From: Myxococcota bacterium
GTDB lineage: Bacteria > Myxococcota_A > SURF-8 > G963663525
Reading direction: 5' to 3'
NCBI GenBank assembly: GCA_963676915.2
Contig: CAXXVK010000053.1
Span: 64,001-128,000 of the forward strand
DNA length: 64,000 nt
The notes under the pieces are model-generated. The model ran no database searches and was not told the DNA's origin. It saw nothing but the letters and a program-made list of their open reading frames with translations. The position numbers and the translations under genes were made by a program. Positions 9,796 to 18,164 of this stretch are shown here, in pieces; within the stretch, counting starts at the first letter, position 1; every line of letters begins with the position of its first letter.

Positions 9796-11130
9796 TTAGG
9801 GAGAGAAAACCGTCAGGTCCAGAAAAAAGATCTGTTCGCCGGTATACCTCGGAACGCGACCCATCAATATCAAGCGATCTTGGGCGGAATCGTAGGTCAT
9901 GATACTGCGATGGTTTCCGAAATCCGGACCATCGGGATTGCCATCGAAAGCGCGGTCTCCGTATTCATCCGGTTCGGCCAACGTACTTCCGCCGAAATCG
10001 AGGGTCCAGGCCGCCCAGGAGTCCGATGACGGGTCGTAGGTCCAAAGGTCGTTGTGGTAGTCGTTTTGGGATTCGTCCCAGTAATCCCGCACGGTTGCGC
10101 CACCGAACACAAAAATTTTTCCACGGCTTTCGTTCCAGGCGCAGGAAATTTTTTCACGGGAAGCCAATTCTTCCGGCAGAGCCACGGAAGTAAACGAACC
10201 GTCTTCCGGATTCAGCGTCGTGACCACTCCGGCTGTCACGAGTTCGCCGCTTCCTTGCGGATCGTCGGTCAGGCCACCGAAGGAATACAGCATGTTATTT
10301 GCCACTACAAGGCCATTGCTCGTAACGGGTGGAACGTCGTCCGCAATCAACGTCCACTCGCCTTGATCGATGTCGAGACCATACAGTCGGCTTCCACCAC
10401 CTGTGGGGACGCTGTAGCCGTAGATATACAGGCGTCGATTCGACCAGTCCACGGTGTAGCTGTAATCGATGGCGGAATTGGAAGGTCGCGTGCCCGACAC
10501 GGCAGTCAGACGGCTTTCCCAGGTGCCGTCGCTTTGCTCTTTCAGCCACATCAGGCTGGAACTCTGCGGTCCCAGAATCAGCCATTCCTCTCCGGTTGGA
10601 TCGTAGCCGATGAACTGGCACCAGTCTTCGTCCATACAAAAATTTTCACCGGTGGCAAAGGCGTCTCCCGTCGTGAAAATCCGTTGATGCACTCCCGTTT
10701 CGAGATCCACATGCCAGACATAGGGTTCGTCCGCATTGACCGAATCCCATCCGAAGGCCGTAAGCGCTGCTGTTCCTGTGGAATTACCGGCGAGCATGGG
10801 CCGGTCGATGGCCGTGCGTACCACGTCGCCCTGTTGAATCGGATCATCCAGATGCAGCGCCAGTTTGTTCCATAGATTTTCGTCGGAGGGCTCGAAGTCG
10901 GACTCTTCCGCCTGCTCAGCCTCTTCCGTAACGTCTTGTTCTTCCGCCGGTTCCAGGTCGCTTTCGCTCGATACCTCCGTATCGAATTCTTCGATATCCG
11001 CTCCGACTTCCCGGTCGAGATCTCCTCCGACCGGGGAGGTTGCGTTGTCCGAACTGCATCCGAACGTGAAAAACACGAACGAAACGAAACAAATCGCGAC
11101 CAAAGACACCCATGAAGAATAGAGGCGCAT
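9796..11130 (-). CDS. Kelch/beta-propeller lipoprotein
   Basis: Lipobox FGC, acidic tether, kelch-like LYIYG, LYSFGG, IFVFGG...NDLWTYD..W. AGGAG RBS. Confidence 0.75.
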   Translation of the reverse strand: MRLYSSWVSLVAICFVSFVFFTFGCSSDNATSPVGGDLDREVGADIEEFDTEVSSESDLEPAEEQDVTEEAEQAEESDFEPSDENLWNKLALHLDDPIQQGDVVRTAIDRPMLAGNSTGTAALTAFGWDSVNADEPYVWHVDLETGVHQRIFTTGDAFATGENFCMDEDWCQFIGYDPTGEEWLILGPQSSSLMWLKEQSDGTWESRLTAVSGTRPSNSAIDYSYTVDWSNRRLYIYGYSVPTGGGSRLYGLDIDQGEWTLIADDVPPVTSNGLVVANNMLYSFGGLTDDPQGSGELVTAGVVTTLNPEDGSFTSVALPEELASREKISCAWNESRGKIFVFGGATVRDYWDESQNDYHNDLWTYDPSSDSWAAWTLDFGGSTLAEPDEYGDRAFDGNPDGPDFGNHRSIMTYDSAQDRLILMGRVPRYTGEQIFFLDLTVFSP

Positions 11131-11170
11131 AAAATCTCCTTTAGACCGGATGATTCATAAAAAATCCGGG

Positions 11171-12481
11171 TTAGGACGTGGCTTTGTCTACACCGCCGCT
11201 GATGGCTTTGGCTCCCTTGACCATGTTGTCGAAGAACACGGATCGAAGAGGTTCGATAGCCATGGCGGCTTTGTATACCGAGGTGTTTTCCAGAGCCGAA
11301 ACGATGCGACCCAAGGCACGGTGACTTAGTTTCGTAGGATCGTCGAAAATCAGCGGAGCCAGACGCCCGCGTTCGATGGCCATGGCAATGGTTTTGTCGA
11401 ATACGGTTTCGGGAGTGAACACGCGGCTGGCGCGGGGGGACATCGAAATTGCGCCTTTTTTGCAGGAATTGTAGCAGACGCCGCAGCCCAGGCAGAGTTC
11501 TTCGTCTCGGACGGCCCAGCGTTTTTTCTTGCCGTTTTCTTTGATCGTTTCCTTGATGTCGATGGCTTCGACCGGGCAGGCTTTGGCACATTTTCCGCAG
11601 CCGATGCAGGAGTCCAGGTCGATATCCATGATCCAGTTGGACGATACGATGGCGTTTTTGATGTTGAAGGTACGAATTCCCTGCATCATTCCGCAACAGC
11701 AGCCGCAGCAATTACAGATATAGGTTGGATTGTGCTTCACGTTGTCGGCGGTTTGGGCCAAACCTGCATCTTTGCATTGCTGCAAGATATCAAGAGCTTC
11801 CTTCGTGTCGATTTTCTCGGAGATACCCGATTTGATCAACGCCGCCGCTCCGTAGTTCATCGAAAGGCAGGTACGCATCGGACGCTCGCAGGCATCGCCA
11901 AGATGACTGTGGTGATGGCGGCAGGCGCACAGTCCGACCGAAAGCAGGTCAGCGCCTTCGATCAGCTTCGAGGCTCGTTCCCAATCGAGAATTTCCGAGT
12001 AATTTCCCTGGGGTAAGGCTTCTTCACGAACCAGCGAACGACCGATCTGGGTCTGTCCCTGAAACACCGAATGGGACAGGTCGTCTTCGTGCTTCATGTA
12101 TTGCTCGAAAAGCTCGGCCAACTCCTTCATCGGGGCGTCTTCGCGATGACGCATGAAGGTGAATTCGAAAAAACCGATGATGATCGGCGCCAGCATCACG
12201 AAGCGCCGGTTTTTGTATTCGAGGTCGATCACCAACCCTTTTCCGGCCATACGGGTGACCAGCTCGTCCAGTTTTTCAAGCTCGATTCCCGTCTTTCGGC
12301 TGATATGACCCAACGATTTCGGCGACAGCGGCAGGTTGACGGCGAACGTAGCTTCCTCTTCGTTGAACAACAGCTTCAGGATTTTCATCAAGGTCGGCGA
12401 AGCGGGTGCGCCCGTGACTGTAAGATCCAGATATTGTTGTAGTTTTTCATATTGTTTGTCGGGATTGACGGCGTGACCCAC
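11171..12481 (-). CDS. 4Fe-4S dicluster domain protein (ICNCCGCCC family)
   Basis: CACR, ICNCCGCCC, and two ferredoxin motifs CIGCGKCAKACP and CLGCGVCYNSC. GTG start after AGGAGG. Confidence 0.85.
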   Translation of the reverse strand: MGHAVNPDKQYEKLQQYLDLTVTGAPASPTLMKILKLLFNEEEATFAVNLPLSPKSLGHISRKTGIELEKLDELVTRMAGKGLVIDLEYKNRRFVMLAPIIIGFFEFTFMRHREDAPMKELAELFEQYMKHEDDLSHSVFQGQTQIGRSLVREEALPQGNYSEILDWERASKLIEGADLLSVGLCACRHHHSHLGDACERPMRTCLSMNYGAAALIKSGISEKIDTKEALDILQQCKDAGLAQTADNVKHNPTYICNCCGCCCGMMQGIRTFNIKNAIVSSNWIMDIDLDSCIGCGKCAKACPVEAIDIKETIKENGKKKRWAVRDEELCLGCGVCYNSCKKGAISMSPRASRVFTPETVFDKTIAMAIERGRLAPLIFDDPTKLSHRALGRIVSALENTSVYKAAMAIEPLRSVFFDNMVKGAKAISGGVDKATS

Positions 12482-12737
12482 CTTGTCCTCCTTGCGCATG
12501 GATGAAACGGGCACCCAGTATACAGGAAAGATCGTTTCATCCAAATGATTTGCGTCCATGAAAAAACCGGGAGAGTGTGATCGATAGACAGCCTTGGGGA
12601 GAGAATTAGGGTGAGAGAATGACCTCCTCTCCGTTGCATTTCGAACCCGAAGCGGGTAACGTGAAATTCGCCTGCCGCCGACTGTCCGTGTAGCAGGTGC
12701 ATCGTATCAACCGGATTGACAATGCCGGAGGACTGTC

Positions 12738-14732
12738 ATGAAGCCGATTCGAGTGGGAGCGGCCAGCCTGAACCAGGTTCCCCTGGACTGGGAAGGAAAC
12801 GCACGACGCATTCTTGCCGTGATCGAACAGGCCAGACAACAGGATATCCGCCTGTTGTGCCTGCCGGAAATGTGTATCTGCGGTTACGGCTGCGAGGACG
12901 CCTTTTTGTCACGCGGCGTACAGCAGACCAGCTTGGAGGTTCTGCGCGAACTTCTGCCGTATACCGAAGATCTTGTGGTGTCCTTCGGGTTGCCGATTCA
13001 GTTACGCAACGCGGTATTCAACACCATGGCTTTGGTGGCGCGGGGTGAAATTCTGGGATTCTCGGCCAAGCGCCATCTGGCGGGCGACGGTATCCACTAC
13101 GAACCTCGGTGGTTCAAGTCCTGGCCTACGGGTCGGGTGGCGCATCTGGAGTGGGAAGGCCAGCACCTTCCGGTGGGGGATCTGCTGTTCGACTGCGGCG
13201 GGGTGCGTATCGGCTTCGAGATTTGCGAAGACGCCTGGGTGGCGGATCGTCCTGGAAGCCGATTGGCCCAAAAAGGCGCGGATCTGATTTTCAATCCGTC
13301 CGCCAGCCATTTCGCATTCGAAAAATCCGCGACACGTGCTCACTACATACTCGACGGTTCGCGAGCCTTCGGTACAGGCTTCGTTTTCGCCAATCTGCTG
13401 GGCAACGAGTCGGGACGCGCCATTTACGACGGCGATACGATGATTGCCCACCTGGGACGTACACTGGCGCGGGGCGAACGGTTTTCCTTCGGGGATTCGG
13501 TACTGACGAGCGCCGTGCTCGATGTCGATTTGGGACGTCTCAAGCAAAGCCGCATGGTCAGTTTCACACCGGACCTGGACGACAATTCACCGGACGTGGT
13601 GCGGATCGATTTCGAGTATCCCGACCTTCCCCCGCAAAAAACGAAGGATTCGTCTTCGGACTGGGAAACCGGAAAACATCTGAAGGAAGAGGAATTCGCT
13701 CGTGCCGTCGCGTTGGGTTTGTTCGACTACCTGCGCAAAAGCCATTCGCGGGGATTCGTGGTATCGATCAGCGGTGGTGCGGACTCGGCGGCCGTGTCTT
13801 GCCTCGTCGGGTTGATGGTGCGTTTCGCGACGAAAGAACTGGGGCTGGAGGAATTCAAGAAAAAGCTGAGCTATATCGAGTCGTTACAGCATGCAACAAA
13901 CGAAGCCGAGGCGACCGGAGCCTTGCTGACCTGCGTGTACCAGGGAACGCGCCATAGTTCCGATACGACCTACAATGCCGCAAAAGGCGTGGCCGAAGCC
14001 ATTGGGGCGCGTTTTGCTCGTTTCGATGTGGACGGCCTCGTACGGGAGTATACGCAACTGGCCGAGAACCTGGAAGGCCGCGAACTGACCTGGGAACGCG
14101 ACGACCTCGCCTTGCAGAACATTCAGGCAAGGGTTCGGGGACCGGGAGCGTGGATGCTGGCAAACCTCCACGGAGCCTTGCTGCTCGCCACCTCCAACCG
14201 TTCCGAGGCTGCCGTGGGGTATGCCACGATGGACGGCGACACCTGCGGAGGACTTAGTCCCATCGCGGGAATCGACAAAAACTACCTGCGTCGCTGGCTT
14301 GTCTGGCTCGAACAGGAGGGACCGGAAGGTCTGGAAGCGCTTCCGGCGCTAGAAGCCGTCACGAAACAGGCTCCGACCGCCGAGTTGAAACCCAAGGAAT
14401 TCGAGCAGACCGACGAAGGCGACTTGATGCCGTACGATCTGCTCGACGCCATCGAGCGGGCGGCCATCCGGGACAAAATGATGCCGTTGGAGGTGTTTCG
14501 CGCTCTGAGGGGAGAGTTTCACGCCATCGAGGCGGAACGTCTGGCGGCGTGGATCGAACGCTTTTTTACGCTATGGTGCCGAAATCAGTGGAAAAGAGAG
14601 CGCTACGCTCCGGGATTTCATCTGGACGACGAAAATCTGGACCCGAAAACCTGGTGTCGTTTCCCGATTCTGTCCGGCGGATTCCAGAGGGAATTGAAGG
14701 CGCTTCGAGCCTTCGTATCCAAGGAAGACTAG
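12738..14732 (+). CDS. nadE: glutamine-dependent NAD+ synthetase
   Basis: Nitrilase domain (LPE, AKR, EICEDAW) plus synthetase domain (SISGGADS, QNIQARVR, TSNRSE, PTAEL). Confidence 0.95.
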   Translation: MKPIRVGAASLNQVPLDWEGNARRILAVIEQARQQDIRLLCLPEMCICGYGCEDAFLSRGVQQTSLEVLRELLPYTEDLVVSFGLPIQLRNAVFNTMALVARGEILGFSAKRHLAGDGIHYEPRWFKSWPTGRVAHLEWEGQHLPVGDLLFDCGGVRIGFEICEDAWVADRPGSRLAQKGADLIFNPSASHFAFEKSATRAHYILDGSRAFGTGFVFANLLGNESGRAIYDGDTMIAHLGRTLARGERFSFGDSVLTSAVLDVDLGRLKQSRMVSFTPDLDDNSPDVVRIDFEYPDLPPQKTKDSSSDWETGKHLKEEEFARAVALGLFDYLRKSHSRGFVVSISGGADSAAVSCLVGLMVRFATKELGLEEFKKKLSYIESLQHATNEAEATGALLTCVYQGTRHSSDTTYNAAKGVAEAIGARFARFDVDGLVREYTQLAENLEGRELTWERDDLALQNIQARVRGPGAWMLANLHGALLLATSNRSEAAVGYATMDGDTCGGLSPIAGIDKNYLRRWLVWLEQEGPEGLEALPALEAVTKQAPTAELKPKEFEQTDEGDLMPYDLLDAIERAAIRDKMMPLEVFRALRGEFHAIEAERLAAWIERFFTLWCRNQWKRERYAPGFHLDDENLDPKTWCRFPILSGGFQRELKALRAFVSKED

Positions 14733-14735
14733 AGC

Positions 14736-15434
14736 ATGTTTCCACGACTCGTGCTGTTCGATATCGATTTGACGCTGATTCGCTCGACCTTGCCCAAAGG
14801 ACCGGGAATGACCGCGTTAAGCGAAATTTTTCGGGAACTTACCGGTTTCGAGGGCGAACCTCGTCTGCCCATACCGGACGGCCAGACCGACCCGATCCTC
14901 GTACGGCAGCTTTTCGAAATGAATGGCGAATCCTACGACGACTCGTTGTACGAAACCGTCATGTCCCGCTATTTTCCACGTCTGGAAAAGGCTTTGGCGA
15001 CAAATGAAGCCATACGTCTGTTGCCCGGTGTACGGGAGTTGCTCGACGAACTCTCCCGCCGCCCGGAGTTTTATACCGGGATCGTCACCGGCAACGACCT
15101 GCGCGGCGCGATCATCAAACTGACACCCTTTTCTTTACGGGAGTATTTTCCGGTAGGCACCTACGGATCGGATTCGACCGATCGGGGCGAGCTTGTGACT
15201 CTCGCCATGCAGCGCGCCCAATCCCACTACAAACAGGAATTCTTGCCTGAATTCACTTTCATGATCGGCGACAGTATCAACGACATTCTCGCCGCGAAAC
15301 AGGCCGGAGTTCGGGGAATAGGCGTATTGACCGGTCACGCCAGCGAAAAGGATCTGAAACAGGTCGGACCGTGCCAGGTTGTGACGGATTTGTCGAATAC
15401 GGAACAAATGCTGGATCTGTTATCGGATCGATAA
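14736..15434 (+). CDS. HAD-superfamily hydrolase
   Basis: LFDIDLTL motif I, VTGN, MIGDS..DI.AAK.AG; 3 nt after nadE. Confidence 0.85.
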   Translation: MFPRLVLFDIDLTLIRSTLPKGPGMTALSEIFRELTGFEGEPRLPIPDGQTDPILVRQLFEMNGESYDDSLYETVMSRYFPRLEKALATNEAIRLLPGVRELLDELSRRPEFYTGIVTGNDLRGAIIKLTPFSLREYFPVGTYGSDSTDRGELVTLAMQRAQSHYKQEFLPEFTFMIGDSINDILAAKQAGVRGIGVLTGHASEKDLKQVGPCQVVTDLSNTEQMLDLLSDR

Positions 15435-15463
15435 CACGGAAATTTTTTTGCTGGGAATCTCTC

Positions 15464-15490
15464 GTAGGTCGGGCAAATTTCTTGCCCGAC
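15464..15490 (+). repeat. REP family A, single copy
   Basis: GTAG + GTCGGGCAA/TTGCCCGAC hairpin. Confidence 0.7.
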
Positions 15491-15538
15491 AACTTGGGGA
15501 ACCATCACCAAGCGAATCATTGGACATCGCCGGGGCGA

Positions 15539-15781
15539 TCAGGAACGTTTTTTCTCTGCCGGATTAAGCACTTCGAGCTTGTTTTTGAATTGGATCAGCC
15601 GCACGGCGCTACCGATCAGCGGCGACACGATGCCGACCATCAGCGAACCCCAAATCAATGCCGTAACATCCATACCCAGCGAACTGGAATTGGGATTGTA
15701 GCCGAACCGAGCGCAACGAACACCTTTGGAACGCGAGGATTTCCACGGTTCGAACTTCTGTGGGCAGGAGGGAGCGGACAT
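15539..15781 (-). CDS. possible small membrane protein (~80 aa)
   Basis: GGAGG 8 nt upstream of ATG 15781; one hydrophobic segment ALIWGSLMVGIVSPLIG. Confidence 0.35.
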   Translation of the reverse strand: MSAPSCPQKFEPWKSSRSKGVRCARFGYNPNSSSLGMDVTALIWGSLMVGIVSPLIGSAVRLIQFKNKLEVLNPAEKKRS

Positions 15782-15935
15782 CGAACATTCCTCCACGAAA
15801 ATCGTTTCAAATCGTGTATCAGTCATCAATTCAATGGAGCGGGAAATTTTATACCACAGCTTCCGTGTCAGCGCAAATCGGAGCGACATTTTTTCTGTGG
15901 AGGAAATCTTTTTGTGAGAATTTGGAATCCCCCCT

Positions 15936-16011
15936 GATGGACGGGGATTGTATTCCCGTTCTCATGTTTTCTTCAAAACAAAACAAAAAGAGCAGGATGC
16001 TATCCTGCTCT
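15936..16011. repeat. degenerate doublet of repeat family B (GGAGCAGGAT..ATCCTGCTCC)
   Basis: GATGGACGGGGATTGTATTCCCGTTC and AGAGCAGGATGCTATCCTGCTCT resemble the 41170-41330 pair; may also act as a terminator. Confidence 0.5.
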
Positions 16012-16070
16012 TTCGATGATAAAACACTTTGATTTCAATGGGTTGAAGATTTATCCTCACATTCAGACGT

Positions 16071-17435
16071 TTACTTTTCACCTTGGTACGATGGTGAATC
16101 GGGGTCGATGGGCGGGTCGGGAAGATTTTCCATCGGGCCTTCGTCGGTGTATGCGCCGTACTCGTCGTCGGTGAGTTCCACCCAATCGAACAGCGTTCCG
16201 TCGAGGTCGTAGGCCGAGATTCGCACCTTGTCGCATCCCACTTCCATGTGCAGGTAATGATGGACGTAATTCACCACGGAGACCTGGGGCAGGTCCACGC
16301 ACCAGGAATCCAGGCCACCACCGCCACCACCGGCAATAATGGTGAGAAGGTTGTCACTTTTACCGCGCTCGTAGCCGTGCATGTGGCCCGAGAAATGGGC
16401 GTGGAATCCGTATTCGTTCAGCAGAGGATACAACCAACCCCGGATCGGCAGGTCGCCGCCGTAGCTTTCGCAGATGGCATCCCCCCAGGCTTCCGCATAA
16501 CCCGGTACGTGACTGATCGCGAACCGCCATTTTGCGGCCTGGGCTTCCGGTGAAGCCACCTGTTCATGAACGAAAGCGGAGATCGGTGTATCGGCATCGA
16601 GGATGGGGAAATAGGGTTTGTCGGTGTCGATCACCAGGAAAAAGGCGTTTCCGTACGTGAAACTGTAAAACGATTCATGCTGAGGATCGTCCTCCGGGTG
16701 GGGGAAGGACATCAGGTCGTACCAGTTCTGATGATTGCGGGCATGGTTGCCGATGGCGGCATAAAAGCCCACTTCATGCAAAAGCCCGCGCGCCGGGCCG
16801 AACAGGCGTTCTTCCCACTGGTAGTACTCGCCGCCCTCGGAAACGTGATCGCCCATTCCCACCGCCAGATAGGGTTGGTGAGCGATCATGCGCGCCACAT
16901 GTTGTGCGAAGATGTCCGGGTTGTCCTGGCTGTCTCCCCACATCGTAACGCTGAATCCCTGATCGGATGCGGGGGCGGTGTAAAAATGGTGGATGGCGGA
17001 CATCCGCTCGCCGGATTGAACCTGATAGCTGTAGCGAGTGTCGGGAGTCAAGCCTTCCAACAGAATCTCGTGAACGTTGGACACGCCATCCTGGGAAACG
17101 GTGAGGTCGGGAGTATCGCCCGTTCCGTAATGCACGGTTCCGTCCTCTTCATCCACGGTGCGCCACATGACGATGATGCTGGTCTGTTGCGGTTGCATCA
17201 GATAGGGACCAAGCTCGAAGGTTTCGTCGGGTTGATCGTCCAGTTCGCGAGGTGGCACGGGACTGGTGCAATTCGAAACCTCTTCGATGTCTTGCTCGCT
17301 TTGCAGTTCCTCTTCGGTATCGGTATCTCCATCCAGAGGGTCGCCGTTCGGGGAATCGTCCGAGTTGCAGGCCGTCACAAAGATAAGAGGAAGGGAAAAC
17401 AGAAGAAGTGTAAAGAGGATGTGTCGGATTTTCAT
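16071..17435 (-). CDS. purple-acid-phosphatase-like metallophosphoesterase lipoprotein with FN3-like N-domain
   Basis: Lipobox TAC; GPYL..P, GDS, GD, GNH, H, SGHMHGYER metallophosphoesterase motifs. Confidence 0.88.
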   Translation of the reverse strand: MKIRHILFTLLLFSLPLIFVTACNSDDSPNGDPLDGDTDTEEELQSEQDIEEVSNCTSPVPPRELDDQPDETFELGPYLMQPQQTSIIVMWRTVDEEDGTVHYGTGDTPDLTVSQDGVSNVHEILLEGLTPDTRYSYQVQSGERMSAIHHFYTAPASDQGFSVTMWGDSQDNPDIFAQHVARMIAHQPYLAVGMGDHVSEGGEYYQWEERLFGPARGLLHEVGFYAAIGNHARNHQNWYDLMSFPHPEDDPQHESFYSFTYGNAFFLVIDTDKPYFPILDADTPISAFVHEQVASPEAQAAKWRFAISHVPGYAEAWGDAICESYGGDLPIRGWLYPLLNEYGFHAHFSGHMHGYERGKSDNLLTIIAGGGGGGLDSWCVDLPQVSVVNYVHHYLHMEVGCDKVRISAYDLDGTLFDWVELTDDEYGAYTDEGPMENLPDPPIDPDSPSYQGEK

Positions 17436-17610
17436 GGAACCTTCCTGAGTCTGTTAGTTTTTCGTTAGATGGCATCTTTTTTGAAAATATGCAAGGAGAT
17501 GCGGCAGCTTGGCGGTGTGAAAACACAAAAATCCGTGCCGTCGATGCGGATTTCGTTTCGATACAAAACATGTGGAGCAGGGTCGGGATACCTATCGAAT
17601 TTCTAGAATG

Positions 17611-17631
17611 GCACTATTTTGTGACGCACTC
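17611..17631. repeat. solo remnant of the MITE terminal inverted repeat
   Basis: GCACTATTTTGTGACGCACTC vs GCACTATTTTGTGATGCACCC at the MITE right end (2 mismatches in 21). Confidence 0.6.
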
Positions 17632-18164
17632 CTCACCCTGTCCTCAAAATGAAAACGGGACATCCCCCGAAAAACCGTATTGCGATTTTGTATCTGGTAG
17701 TAAATACAGTGCTTTTCGAATTTCAAACGTAAAAATGATTATTTCATGTAAAAGCTATTTATTTACAAATCAAAACTTCAGGGTGCCACGGTCTTCGATT
17801 CGAAGAATCGATGGCCGCGCAAGTACCTGGAATCTCACGGCCATTGCCCTTCGGCCAAAAACCGTGCCACCCATGGTTGTGTACAAGCTTTGAAAAAATG
17901 GGGAAAGTCCTGTCAAAATGAAAATCATTGAAAAAAATCGCGACTTTCGGTACGCTTGAATGAGTGTGATGTTGCAAAACACTTCGGATTGAAGACATCC
18001 GGGCACCGAAAGCACCCCGTTTTCGGCGCGGACGGATTGTTTTGCATTTCACAGGATTCGGAAGTGACGGTTTCGTGCACAATCGAAACCGTTTCGAACG
18101 GATCCGGTAGAAGTTTCAAACCACTTAAGGTATTGGGGGACTTTCAGGAAAACGGAATTTCATC

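Noticed and set aside
10578-11711. 377-aa alternative-frame ORF spanning two genes
   Set aside because: Arg-rich off-frame translation overlapping two clear CDSs on the same strand.
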